This document shows, one piece after another, positions 37,482 to 46,973 of a stretch of DNA of 64,000 nt. Made by a program: the position numbers and the translations under genes. The number at the start of each line of letters is the position of its first letter. Position 1 is the first letter of the stretch. The stretch spans positions 1-64,000 of IMG/VR virus record IMGVR_UViG_2791355405_000002. The stretch is one strand, 5' to 3'. The stretch is from a virus (taxonomy: Duplodnaviria; Caudoviricetes). Under the pieces are notes generated by a model that searched no databases, was not told where the DNA came from, and saw nothing but the letters and a program-made list of their open reading frames with translations.

Positions 37482-39115
37482 GCCAGACGCTCCAGCTCCG
37501 TCCATACCAGCGCGAGTGCATCGACGCGATTCAGGCGGCATGGGCCGACGGGATGCAGCGGCCGGCCGTCGTGCTCGCCACGGGCATGGGCAAGACCGTC
37601 GTGTTCTCCCGCATGGCGGCCGAGCACGTCGAGTCCGAGGGCACGCGCGTCGTCATCCTCGTGCACCGTGACGAGCTGGCCGACCAGACGATGAACAAGC
37701 TGAAGCAGACTGAGCCCGGCCTGTTCGTCGGCAAGGTGAAGGCGGCGGCCGACAACATCGCGGCCAACGTCATGGTCTGTTCGGTGCAGACGCTCGCCCG
37801 GGAGAAGCGCCTGCACCGGCTGCTCGACTCGCAGGAGAAGTGCGGCAAGGTCGGCCTGGTCATCGTCGACGAGTGCCACCACGCGGCGGCCGAGAGCTAC
37901 CGCAACATCCTCGCCGCGCTCGGCTGCTACAGCGGGATGCCGGGCACGAAGGCCGTGGGCTTCACCGCGACGCTCGCCCGGGGCGACGGCCAAGGCCTCG
38001 GCGACGTGTGGGAAGACGCGGTGTTCACCCGCTCCCCGCTGTGGGCCATGAGCCGGGGCTTCCTGGTCGACGTCAAGTCCAAGCTGATCGACGTGGACAC
38101 CCTGCACCTCGGCGACGTGAAGAAGTCCCGGGGTGACTACACCGCATCCTCTCTGGGCGACGCGATGATGGAGGCCGGCGGCCCGCAGATCATCGCCAAG
38201 GTGCTTCAGGAGCACGCGGCCGACCGGCGCAGCCCGATCGTCTTCACCCCGACGGTGGAAGTCGCACGAGCGACGGCCGAGGCCCTGCCCGACGCGGCGT
38301 ACGTGCACGGCGGTACGCCCCGCGAGGAGCGGCTGAACATCTACCGCCGGTTCCGCACCGGCGAGGTCCGCACGCTGGTCAACTGCATGGTCTTGACCGA
38401 GGGCGCCGACTTCCCTTTCTCCGACTGCGCGGTGATCGCCCGGCCGACGAAGTCCGAGCCGCTGTTCATACAGATGGTCGGCCGGGTCCTGCGGCCCTCC
38501 CCCGCCACCGGCAAGGCGGACGCCCTGGTGCTCATCCTCGCCGGCGAGGGTGGGTCGCTGTGCACGCTGGTTGACCTGGAGCCCGGGTTCGAGGGCAAGG
38601 TGGCCGACGGCGAGACCCTCGCCGACGCCTACGTGCGCGAGGAGTCCCGCAAGGACGAGAAGGTCCCGGCGGGCTCGCTGCGGTTCGAACTGACGCACCG
38701 TGATGTGGATCTGTTCAGGGCCTCGGCCGCCTACTCGTGGCTGCGCACGAAGGGCGGGATCCAGTTCATCCCACTGGGCGACAACGGAGAGATCCTGCTC
38801 TGGCCGTCCCGGGGCGAGGCGGAAAAGTGGGACGTTGCCTACGCCCCGCCGCGTGGAACCTGGGAGCGGCTGCACGAGGGCCTGGACCTCGGCATGGCGA
38901 TGGCTTGGGCGGAGACGGAAGCCACGGACCGCAGCGAGCTGAACATGACCCGCACGGCGTCGTGGAGGAAGAAACCTGCGTCGGAGAAGCAGACCAGGAT
39001 CCTGCGGTACGCCGGTCACACGGTGCCCGACGGGCTTCGGGCGGGCCTCGCCTCCGACCTCCTCGCGGTCACCATCGCGTCGCGCAAGCTGGACCGTTTC
39101 CTTCCCCGCTCGTAG
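37478..39115 (+). CDS. SF2 DEAD/DEAH-box helicase
   Basis: LRPYQ, ATGMGKT, DECHH, TAT, LTEGAD and QMVGRVLR motifs. Confidence 0.92.
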   Translation: MSQTLQLRPYQRECIDAIQAAWADGMQRPAVVLATGMGKTVVFSRMAAEHVESEGTRVVILVHRDELADQTMNKLKQTEPGLFVGKVKAAADNIAANVMVCSVQTLAREKRLHRLLDSQEKCGKVGLVIVDECHHAAAESYRNILAALGCYSGMPGTKAVGFTATLARGDGQGLGDVWEDAVFTRSPLWAMSRGFLVDVKSKLIDVDTLHLGDVKKSRGDYTASSLGDAMMEAGGPQIIAKVLQEHAADRRSPIVFTPTVEVARATAEALPDAAYVHGGTPREERLNIYRRFRTGEVRTLVNCMVLTEGADFPFSDCAVIARPTKSEPLFIQMVGRVLRPSPATGKADALVLILAGEGGSLCTLVDLEPGFEGKVADGETLADAYVREESRKDEKVPAGSLRFELTHRDVDLFRASAAYSWLRTKGGIQFIPLGDNGEILLWPSRGEAEKWDVAYAPPRGTWERLHEGLDLGMAMAWAETEATDRSELNMTRTASWRKKPASEKQTRILRYAGHTVPDGLRAGLASDLLAVTIASRKLDRFLPRS

Positions 39116-39153
39116 CGGGTATGATTTAGCTAAATCGACAGGGCGGAGGCCCC

Positions 39154-39525
39154 GTGACCAAGGAATACGTGAAGGCGATCGGCGTCGATTTCGATGGCGT
39201 GATCCACGACTACGCCCGAGGCTGGCAGGGCGGGCTCATCTACGGGGAGATGCTCCCCGGGGCGGCCGAGAGCCTGCGGGCCCTGATGGAGACCTACGCG
39301 GTGTTCATCCACACCACGCGCGAACCGCACACGGTGGTGCCGTGGATGAAGGACCGTGGCTTCCACGCCGAGGCTGACAACGACCCCGGCCGCCGGTTCT
39401 GGGACACCACGGGCACGCTGCTGGTGACCCAGCGGAAGCTGGTGGCCATCGCGTTCATTGACGACCGGGCCATCCCACACCGCACATGGGACCAGACGAT
39501 GCAGGCCGTCGCACAGCTCTACTGA
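39154..39525 (+). CDS. HAD-family phosphatase/nucleotidase-like protein
   Basis: GVDFDGVIH ... FIDDRA. Confidence 0.75.
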   Translation: MTKEYVKAIGVDFDGVIHDYARGWQGGLIYGEMLPGAAESLRALMETYAVFIHTTREPHTVVPWMKDRGFHAEADNDPGRRFWDTTGTLLVTQRKLVAIAFIDDRAIPHRTWDQTMQAVAQLY

Positions 39526-39602
39526 GTGACCCGGGGAGGGCTGCGGCGGCCCTCCCCACCTGGCCGTTAGGCCATTGACCAAGGAAGCAGGAAGGTACCG
39601 CA

Positions 39603-42344
39603 ATGACTCAGTCGACCCCTGAGCGCAAACGCTGCTCCGTGTGCCCCGGCGAGTACGCCGTCACGGCGAACGGGACGATCCGTCACCACTTCACCGACAA
39701 CCCGGAGCTCCAGGCCGGGCCCGACTCCCGCAAGTGCCGGGGCGTCGGCGAGCTGCCCGCCGGCGAGCAGACGGCCGATGACCCGGCGAACGGCCCGCAG
39801 TGCCGCCTGTGCAAGCACCCGGTGGAGCTGACCGGCAACGGCCGGGCCCGCAGCCACCTCACCCCCGAGCAGACGCCCCGGCCCTGCCCCGGCGGCAGCG
39901 ACTTCCCGCTGGGCACGTACCCGGACATCCTCGGCACGACGGACGGCCTCGTGGCCACGCTCGCGGCCGACTGCGAACACGTGCCGGTCGGCCAGTGCTA
40001 CGGCTGCCACGGCGCGGCCGGGAACCCCGTCAGCGACGCCGAGCTGGAGGTCATGGCCGAGGCGCAGGGCACCGGCGCGGCGCCGTGGGGCGTGAACCCG
40101 GACGCCGTGACGCAGCAGACCATGGCCGACCAGTTCAAGGGCGTCGGCGAGGCGGTGATCTGCAATTGCGGGGCCTCGTGGCCGACGAACGAGGAGATGC
40201 AGCGGGTCGGGCACGGCCTGGAGCAGTGCCCCCAGGACCGCGCCGCTGGGCCGACCATGGACGGCCCTTACCAGTTCCCCTCTGTCCGACCGATGGCGGC
40301 CGACGCCCTCAGCGATGCTGAGCGGTTCATGGGCGCGGCGCCGGCGACGCACACCGGCCGCCCGTCGATGCACAGCGGCGGCGGCCTCTCCGACGCGGAG
40401 CGAGAGCGCCTCGCGGCTGTCGTTGCCAAGGACCACCGCACCCCGGAGCAGAAGGCCCGGGACGCGCGGACGTCGGAGCTGACTCGGGAAGTCATCAAGG
40501 TGCTGGAACAGCGCAGCCCGGAAGAGAAGGCGGAGACGGCGGCTCGCATGGACCGCACCGCGTCGGCCGCCCTCGGGCTGCCGGTCGACCCGGCGCTGAA
40601 CCGGCCCGAGGACGTGGAGGCGCACGTCGTCACTGACGACAGCGACGACCCGGAGCACGCGGACGACTGCCCCGGCTGTCCAGACGATGAGCCGCAGACG
40701 GGTCCGGTTCGCGTCGGCGACTTGGAGTACGGCGACGTCTTCGTCCGGCGCGGCACCGCTATGCGCGTGACGAGCGCGGGCTACGGCCTGGTGGAGGCCA
40801 TCGTCGTGGACAACGGCCCGCACGCTGGGCGCACAGGTGAGCTGAAGAACCCCGACGAGGTGGTGGAGAGGATCGCCACCAGGACCAAGGAGCAGGAGAC
40901 CAAGGAATGCACGGACGACAGGACGGCGACGTCGCCGCGTTCTTCGGCGGCATCGACGCCGACAACGACCAGCCGGCCGACGGTCCCGGCCCCTGGTTCG
41001 AGGCCGCCTACGAAGGCGAGTGCTCCGGCTGTTTCGCCGAAATCGGAATCGGTGACATCATCCGCGCCGACGGTGCGGGCGGCTGGGAACTCCAGGGGTG
41101 CTGCGGTGACGACTGATCAGAGCGCAGCGGCAGCCGCATTCCTCGGCACTGACCGGCCGGCGGCCCCGGCGGGCGCGGCGCAGACACCCGGGCAGTTCCT
41201 CGCCGGTGCCGCCAGTTCGCGGGGCGAGGACGATACCAAGCGCGACCGGCACGGCCGGTACCTCATCCCGCACCCGGACACCGGCAAGGAGAAGGCGTGG
41301 ACCAGGTCCACCACCTTCGCCAAGTCGATCAGCGACACTTACGCCCTGTCCCAGTGGGGGCTGCGCATGTGTCTGCTTGGTGCGACGAAGCGGCCGGACA
41401 TCATCAAGCGGGCCCACGGCAAGCACGTCCGGGCGGACAAGGCCCTGCTGGACGAGCTGACGGCGGAGCTGAAGAACGCGGCGGGCGCCAAGGTGGCCGC
41501 CAACGACGGCACGGCGATGCACTCCTTCACGGAGCTGGCAGACCGGGCGTGGCACTCCCCCGGCGGCCCGCGCAGCGTCCTGGACCAGGTGCCGGAGGAC
41601 TGCCGCGAGATGGTCGAGACGTACATCCGGCTGCTGGAGGAGACCGGCCTTGAGCCTGTGTCAGGGCTCATTGAGTTCACCGTGGTCGTCAAGCAGTACG
41701 GCGTCGCGGGCACCAGCGACAACTGCTACAAGGTCACCAAGCCGCTCACGCTGAAGATCGGCCGGGCTGAGGTCCGGCTGGAGCCCGGCCAGTACGTCAT
41801 CGGCGACAAGAAGACCGGTAGGGATCTCGACTACGGATGGCAGGAGATCGCTATCCAGCTCGCGACCTATGCGCAGGGCATCAACACGTCCGGGGTCTGG
41901 GACAAGGCCCGCAAGGAGTGGACCCCCGACCCCCTCAACGGCTCCAAGGTACGGCTGGACGCGGGTGTCGTCATCCACCTGCCGGTGGACAAGGAGTCGG
42001 AGAAGACGCCGACGGTATACGGCATCGACCTGGAGTCCGGGTGGAACGCGGCCGTGCTGTGCGAGCGCGTCAGGGCCTGGCGCAACGTCCGCACCCTCGC
42101 CTCGCCGGTCATGGTCTCCGAGGCCGAGACGTTCGCCCCGGAACGACCTGAGCCGACCGTCACCACGCGGACGACGGTACGGCCGCCGACGCTGATGGAC
42201 CGGGCGCAGTCGGTCACGTCCAACGGCGAGGCCTCGGCCGTCTGGAAGGAGGCCATCACGGCCGGCCTGCCCAAGGACGAGGTGGATGAGCTGGTCGACG
42301 TCATGCAGTCGCGGCTGAAGAAACTCGCCGAACCCGGAGGCTAG
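39603..42344 (+). CDS. Cys/His-rich N-terminal region read in frame into a Cas4/RecB-like exonuclease (nuclease likely starts at GTG 41106)
   Basis: C-terminal RDRHGRY, GTAMH, VAGTSD, IGDKKTG and QLATYA motifs; N-terminal CxxC..H..C repeats. Confidence 0.7.
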   Translation: MTQSTPERKRCSVCPGEYAVTANGTIRHHFTDNPELQAGPDSRKCRGVGELPAGEQTADDPANGPQCRLCKHPVELTGNGRARSHLTPEQTPRPCPGGSDFPLGTYPDILGTTDGLVATLAADCEHVPVGQCYGCHGAAGNPVSDAELEVMAEAQGTGAAPWGVNPDAVTQQTMADQFKGVGEAVICNCGASWPTNEEMQRVGHGLEQCPQDRAAGPTMDGPYQFPSVRPMAADALSDAERFMGAAPATHTGRPSMHSGGGLSDAERERLAAVVAKDHRTPEQKARDARTSELTREVIKVLEQRSPEEKAETAARMDRTASAALGLPVDPALNRPEDVEAHVVTDDSDDPEHADDCPGCPDDEPQTGPVRVGDLEYGDVFVRRGTAMRVTSAGYGLVEAIVVDNGPHAGRTGELKNPDEVVERIATRTKEQETKECTDDRTATSPRSSAASTPTTTSRPTVPAPGSRPPTKASAPAVSPKSESVTSSAPTVRAAGNSRGAAVTTDQSAAAAAFLGTDRPAAPAGAAQTPGQFLAGAASSRGEDDTKRDRHGRYLIPHPDTGKEKAWTRSTTFAKSISDTYALSQWGLRMCLLGATKRPDIIKRAHGKHVRADKALLDELTAELKNAAGAKVAANDGTAMHSFTELADRAWHSPGGPRSVLDQVPEDCREMVETYIRLLEETGLEPVSGLIEFTVVVKQYGVAGTSDNCYKVTKPLTLKIGRAEVRLEPGQYVIGDKKTGRDLDYGWQEIAIQLATYAQGINTSGVWDKARKEWTPDPLNGSKVRLDAGVVIHLPVDKESEKTPTVYGIDLESGWNAAVLCERVRAWRNVRTLASPVMVSEAETFAPERPEPTVTTRTTVRPPTLMDRAQSVTSNGEASAVWKEAITAGLPKDEVDELVDVMQSRLKKLAEPGG
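40907..41116 (+). CDS. Small Zn-binding protein overlapping the long ORF in another frame
   Basis: GGAG RBS plus double GACCAAGGA motif; PWFEAAYEGECSGC...IIRADG. Confidence 0.6.
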   Translation: MHGRQDGDVAAFFGGIDADNDQPADGPGPWFEAAYEGECSGCFAEIGIGDIIRADGAGGWELQGCCGDD

Positions 42345-42345
42345 A

Positions 42346-42379
42346 GAGGGTTTAATTAAATCCTCTTCCGGGGTATCAT
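42346..42379 (+). promoter_or_regulatory. AT-rich palindrome GAGGGTTTAATTAAATCCTC with downstream TATCAT -10, ahead of the ncRNA region
   Basis: Member of the operator family. Confidence 0.55.
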
Positions 42380-42602
42380 AAAAGCATACGGAGCGCACCA
42401 ACTCCGGGCGGTTCAGACCTTCGTGACGTTCCGTCACAGACCCACCCGGAACAACTCCACAGAGACCGCCCCGGGGCTAACCCCCTGGCTCCGGGGCCTC
42501 AGCGACCTACGACGCACCAGCCGTGAGGCGAGTAAGCCACTGGCGGAAACACCAACACCGTGCGGGCGGATCGGGGTCGGGCGGCGGCCGTAAAACGCTG
42601 GA

Positions 42603-42699
42603 CGCGCGGTAGCTCAACTGGCTCAGAGCACAAGGACCCCGGCCCACCCCCGTGCCGGTAAGCCCTTGGAGATCCGGGTTCGAGACCCGGCCGCGCACC
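42603..42699 (+). ncRNA. tRNA-like RNA with the anticodon loop replaced by a 28-nt extension
   Basis: Acceptor GCGCGG/CCGCGC, T8A9, D stem GCTC/GAGC, stem CAAGG/CCTTG, T arm CCGGG-TTCGAGA-CCCGG; no 7-nt anticodon loop. Confidence 0.75.
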
Positions 42700-42777
42700 G
42701 GAGCCACGTACCACCGGCTCCCCTCCCTCGCTACCGGCGGCGGAGGAACAGGGATCAAAGGAACAAGGGATCACAGC

Positions 42778-43359
42778 ATGACGACTGCGACGCAGGCCGA
42801 CCCGTTCGCCCCCAACCAGGCGGCGTTCACCCCCGGCCGGGCCAAGACGGCCACCGACTTCCTCATGGGCGGTGGGACCCTGTCCTGCCAGTTCCCGGCG
42901 AGGGGGACGGAGTACGCGGGCACCATCTCCGAGATGACCGTGGAGGTCCAGCGCGACTACGACGACCCGTCCAAGGTGCTCACCTGGAACGACGGGACAG
43001 CCCGTCAGCAGCTCCGGGTCGTCTTGGAGGGCACCGGCTACACGAGGAAGTTCGACGGCGACACCGAGGAGTGGGTGGACGTCGAGGACGACGACGGCTC
43101 CCGCGCCCTGTACGTGAAGGGCCAGATGGCCAAGGCGTTCCGCGACGCGGTCCGCAAGGCCGGATCCAAGGAGCCCGAGGTTGGCGGGTACCTGAAGGTC
43201 ACCTACGTCCGGAACGGGCAGAAGAAGCCCGGCAGCAAGGGCAAGCCGCCGAAGGAGTACACGGTGGAGTACCTGCCCCCGGCCAAGAACCCGAACCCGG
43301 CCGCACAGTTCCTCGCCGGCGGCGAGGGCGGCGAAGCCCCGAACCCGTTCGGTGACTGA
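42778..43359 (+). CDS. Single-stranded DNA-binding protein (actinophage type)
   Basis: QRDY...WNDG..RQQL, DDGSRALYVKG, KEYTVEY, C-terminal NPF. Confidence 0.75.
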   Translation: MTTATQADPFAPNQAAFTPGRAKTATDFLMGGGTLSCQFPARGTEYAGTISEMTVEVQRDYDDPSKVLTWNDGTARQQLRVVLEGTGYTRKFDGDTEEWVDVEDDDGSRALYVKGQMAKAFRDAVRKAGSKEPEVGGYLKVTYVRNGQKKPGSKGKPPKEYTVEYLPPAKNPNPAAQFLAGGEGGEAPNPFGD

Positions 43360-43379
43360 GCGGATCTAAGGCACCATAA

Positions 43380-43416
43380 GGAAGGCCCCCGGGATGGACG
43401 CTCCCGGGGGCCTTCC
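43380..43416. terminator. Bidirectional hairpin terminator
   Basis: GGAAGGCCCCCGGGA...TCCCGGGGGCCTTCC. Confidence 0.8.
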
Positions 43417-43431
43417 GCGTTCAGCATCATG

Positions 43432-44013
43432 TCAGGCCGCAACCCTCCGCCGGCGGCGGGTCTGCTTCGCCGGTGGCGGCGCGAAGACCGGAGCCGGGGC
43501 CCCGGGGAGGGTCGGCCAGGCCACCTCGCGCAGGGCGTCCATGTTGGCCTTCGGCACCCGGACCACCGGCTCGCCGTAGGCGGCGTGACCGGCCGCCCGC
43601 AGCCACCACGCGTCGCACTGGTCGCCGCCCTTGTCGCCGGTGAACTCCCGGCCCGCGTAGGTGAGCGCGGCCACGGCCATGGACGCCTTGTCGGCCCCGC
43701 CGTGGCCGGTGGCGTACAGCTTCAGCGTCTTCGTGTTGACCAGGACGAACGGGACGCCTGAACGCATGAGAACGAGTCGGACGGTGGCGTGGACCATCGG
43801 GATGACCTTGGCAGACGCTCCACGGAAGAGTCCGGGGTCATCCTCGATGACGGCGAGCTGTGGGCGGGCCACGCGCAGGGCCGCCGTCATGCGCTCCTCG
43901 ATGCTCAGCAGGCGCCGGTCGCCGTCCCCGCGCGGTTTGATGAGCGCCGTGGAGTCGTCCGGGAAGCACACCCCCGTGCACTTCATCGACAGGTCCAGCC
44001 CCATGATGCGCAT
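43432..44013 (-). CDS. RuvC-like Holliday junction resolvase
   Basis: MGLDLS..TG, AVIED, LKLYATGHGGADK and DQCDA motifs. Confidence 0.85.
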   Translation of the reverse strand: MRIMGLDLSMKCTGVCFPDDSTALIKPRGDGDRRLLSIEERMTAALRVARPQLAVIEDDPGLFRGASAKVIPMVHATVRLVLMRSGVPFVLVNTKTLKLYATGHGGADKASMAVAALTYAGREFTGDKGGDQCDAWWLRAAGHAAYGEPVVRVPKANMDALREVAWPTLPGAPAPVFAPPPAKQTRRRRRVAA

Positions 44014-44170
44014 TCCTTGGTCCTCCATCCTGGGCGCACTCATTTCGTTAAATCACACATACCCGATACGCTGGCCGGCCACGCTCCCGACGCGGCCTGG
44101 ACTCGGCTACGCGCACGTTTACCCAGTGGGTACGCTCGGAGCAGGACCACGGACTGAGGAGAGCAGACCA

Positions 44171-44641
44171 ATGACGAGCCCTACACCCCTGCCCGGACTG
44201 GAGTCTGTCGGCAAGCCGGGGACCTGGACGATCACCAACCAGCATGGCCAGTCGGTCACCATTACCGGGGAGCTGCTGGGCCTCGGCTCCAGCTACCGGC
44301 CCCGGCACCAGAACCACCCGGACAGCGAGTTCGCCCCGCCGCGCACGCACTGCTCCACCTGCCGCTGGACAGAGATCCGCGTCTTCGCTGTGGACGAGCA
44401 GGACGGCAATTCCAGCCCGCTGCCGTACATGGTCGTCAAGCGCGGCGCCTCCGTCGTTCCCGGGGAGAAGGACTTCGTGGAGTGGGAGGGCCTGGTCACC
44501 GGGGATGAAGTGCTGGAGCTGCTCACCACCCGTCGGGGCGGCCAGGCGACCCTCACCGCGCCGGCCTCCCGGGCACTCTCGCAAGCCGCCTCGTTCGACT
44601 CGGCGATGCGCGACGCATGGCAGAACCGCGCGGTGAAGTAG
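44171..44641 (+). CDS. Hypothetical protein
   Basis: GAGGAG RBS; RWTEIR motif. Confidence 0.7.
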   Translation: MTSPTPLPGLESVGKPGTWTITNQHGQSVTITGELLGLGSSYRPRHQNHPDSEFAPPRTHCSTCRWTEIRVFAVDEQDGNSSPLPYMVVKRGASVVPGEKDFVEWEGLVTGDEVLELLTTRRGGQATLTAPASRALSQAASFDSAMRDAWQNRAVK

Positions 44642-44713
44642 GCGTTCGGCGCCACCGCGACTCGCTGGTACCGTCCCCGGCTTTGACCGAGCCGTACGAC
44701 AAGGACGGACTGC

Positions 44714-45001
44714 ATGGGCAAGCACAGCGCGGAACACATCCCCACCCGGGACCTGCGCCGTTCGTACATCAGGCTGCGCGAGGCGTACGAGCGGCTGCTG
44801 CGAGATCATCTGGAACTGAAGAACGCAACCCACGGCCTGCCGGCCATCGCGTCCGGTGGGCCGTCGTCGTACGGGACTGAGGTAGTGCTGTGGAAGCCGG
44901 CTTCACACCTGGCCATGGGCCGGGAGCCGCTGGACGTAGACGCCGCCTGTGAGCTGGTGCGGTCCTCGGGCCTGCTGACGTCGCCGGGGCTTGAGGCGTG
45001 A
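44714..45001 (+). CDS. Hypothetical protein
   Basis: RBS; preceded by TCGGCG-17-TACCGT. Confidence 0.6.
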   Translation: MGKHSAEHIPTRDLRRSYIRLREAYERLLRDHLELKNATHGLPAIASGGPSSYGTEVVLWKPASHLAMGREPLDVDAACELVRSSGLLTSPGLEA

Positions 45002-45061
45002 CAGCAGGGGGTATATCGATTAAGGTAAATCATCGACACCCTGATCACCGAGGAAGGAACC

Positions 45062-45331
45062 ATGACCGTGACCGCGCCGCAGCGCCCCCCGCGTGGACGC
45101 CCGAGGCCCGCAGAGACCATCGAACGGGACCGCAAGATCCTGGACCTGCTCAAGGCCAACCCGGACGGGATGGCCCGCAACGTCATCGCCCAGGAGATGG
45201 GTCTGAACAAGTCCGTCACCTACCTGTCCCTGGACCGCCTGCGCCGGCAGGGTCTGGCCGAGAAGATCAGCCCCGAAGGATCCCAGGCCGACAAGGACAC
45301 CCTGTGGGTCGCCACCCCCGGGGAGTCATGA
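45062..45331 (+). CDS. Winged HTH DNA-binding protein
   Basis: RGRPR AT-hook-like segment, then ILDLL...IAQEMGLNKSVTYLSLDRL. Confidence 0.75.
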   Translation: MTVTAPQRPPRGRPRPAETIERDRKILDLLKANPDGMARNVIAQEMGLNKSVTYLSLDRLRRQGLAEKISPEGSQADKDTLWVATPGES

Positions 45332-45614
45332 TGCAGCAGCCCGGAGACACCGTCCGGGACGACGAGCCCCCACGGAGCAGCCGTGGGGGCTCCGTGGTTT
45401 CCCGGGGCCTCATGCAGACGACCCCGCCGAGTTTCGATCAAGCACGGCTGCGCGGATCCGTCCAGGACACTGCCGGGGGTCGTCGGATTGACTCTGCGAC
45501 CTGGGTGGCCAGACTGTACGGTCTGCCGACGGATACGACATCCGGATCATCCACGCCGGGATCCGGAGACGCGATGCGCTGGTACCCGCTGGCCGAAGGA
45601 GAAGAGGTACCGTC

Positions 45615-46256
45615 ATGCCCCGCATGACCGTTGCCGTCGTCGTCCCCACCATCCCCGGGCGCGAGGCGATGCTGGAGCGCGCACTGGCGTCCGTACGCGC
45701 GCAGCGGCGCCGGCCGGACCAGGTCGTCGTCGAACGGGACTCCCTGCGCACCGGGGCGGACCAGGCGCGTAACCGGGCGCTGGAGCGGGTCACCACGGAC
45801 GTGGTTGCCTGGCTGGACGATGACGACGAGCTGAAGCCGAACCACCTCATGGCCTGCATGCGCGTGATGGAGCAGTCATCCGAGAAGCCGGACCTGGTGT
45901 ACCCGGCGCCGGTGGTGCGCGGCGGCGAGGATCCCACGGCCGTGTCCGTTCAGGGCAGATGGGTGCTCCCGTGGGGCGTCCGCTTCGGACCGGAGCAGGA
46001 GACCCATCTGCGCCGGTTCGGGTCGTTCATCCCGATGACTCACGTTGTGCGGACCGAGCGGGTCCGGGCCATCGGCGGATTCCGCCCTGGCGAAGAAGTG
46101 ACGACAGAAGGCCTAGGCCGCCGCTACCGTGGCGAAGACGAGGATTATCTGGTGCGTCTGCTTGACATAGGGGCCACATTCGAGCACTTGAGTGCTCGGA
46201 CGTGGGTCTGGCACGTGCACCGTGGGAACACCGCCGGGCGAGCGCTCGCCAGGTAG
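45615..46256 (+). CDS. GT2 glycosyltransferase
   Basis: VVVPT, ARNRAL, WLDDDD, IGGF and EDED motifs. Confidence 0.88.
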   Translation: MPRMTVAVVVPTIPGREAMLERALASVRAQRRRPDQVVVERDSLRTGADQARNRALERVTTDVVAWLDDDDELKPNHLMACMRVMEQSSEKPDLVYPAPVVRGGEDPTAVSVQGRWVLPWGVRFGPEQETHLRRFGSFIPMTHVVRTERVRAIGGFRPGEEVTTEGLGRRYRGEDEDYLVRLLDIGATFEHLSARTWVWHVHRGNTAGRALAR

Positions 46257-46283
46257 ACATCTGAACACGGAAGAGGAGGAGTC

Positions 46284-46544
46284 GTGCCGACCACCACAGC
46301 CACGACTGGACCACCCCCCACCCTCGCCGATGCGGTCCGGGGACGCATCGGCGAACTCAGCGACCGCAACAAAAAGACGTTCACTGTCGCGGACTTCCCG
46401 GGCGTTGCTGGCCGCGCCGGCCGGCCGGACTCCTGGCTGGAGGACCACCTGCTGGTCCTGGAAGGCATCGGGATCCTGAAGCGCGTCCGTCGCCCCGGGG
46501 CCCGCACGTGGACCGTCAGCCCGGGCTCGGAGTATCTGAGGTGA
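46284..46544 (+). CDS. Stand-alone TraB C-terminal-like wHTH protein
   Basis: FTVADF...GRPDSWLEDHLLVLEGIGIL resembles the TraB C-terminus. Confidence 0.6.
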   Translation: MPTTTATTGPPPTLADAVRGRIGELSDRNKKTFTVADFPGVAGRAGRPDSWLEDHLLVLEGIGILKRVRRPGARTWTVSPGSEYLR

Positions 46545-46846
46545 CGCGGCGAGTGGAGCAGTTCGGATACGTCTACGGCGGAACAGCCCTCATCAAAGGG
46601 AAGCCGCACGAGCTGGAGGGAACGGCCTGGTCCCTGGGCCGGTGCGACGAGGTGCGGCTGCGCGCGGCAGCCGTACGCGAACTGACTCAGTCGCAGAACG
46701 TCCCGCTTGAGGGAATCGAGATCACCGACTTCTGGTTCAGCGAGATCTTCACTGAGAGCGAAGTCAGGCAGAGTACGGAGAGCGCCGACCCTTTCCGTCC
46801 TCACGCCGGCCCTGACCCCTTCCGCCCGTGCGGCGGGGACATCTGA
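46541..46846 (+). CDS. Hypothetical protein
   Basis: GTGA overlap. Confidence 0.5.
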   Translation: MTRRVEQFGYVYGGTALIKGKPHELEGTAWSLGRCDEVRLRAAAVRELTQSQNVPLEGIEITDFWFSEIFTESEVRQSTESADPFRPHAGPDPFRPCGGDI

Positions 46847-46973
46847 CGGAGGGACAGCGGACAGCGAGCCCCTGCGGGAGATCGCAGGGGCTTTGTCGTG
46901 CCCCGGGGTTGCGCCTCACGGGCCCGGGTAGGATGATTTAAGGAAATCATCGCGACCAAGGAACGAGGAGACC

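Noticed and set aside
41106-42344. CRISPR-associated Cas4
   Set aside because: Stand-alone phage exonuclease beside SSB and RuvC, with no CRISPR context
42499-42602. Self-cleaving ribozyme
   Set aside because: No hammerhead CTGANGA core or twister/pistol consensus recognisable by eye
42603-42699. Canonical tRNA gene
   Set aside because: No 7-nt anticodon loop can be assigned; reported as a tRNA-like ncRNA instead
45328-45627. CDS between the wHTH and GT2 genes
   Set aside because: Atypical codons and strong hairpins (45364-45392, 45418-45482); more likely terminator/promoter DNA
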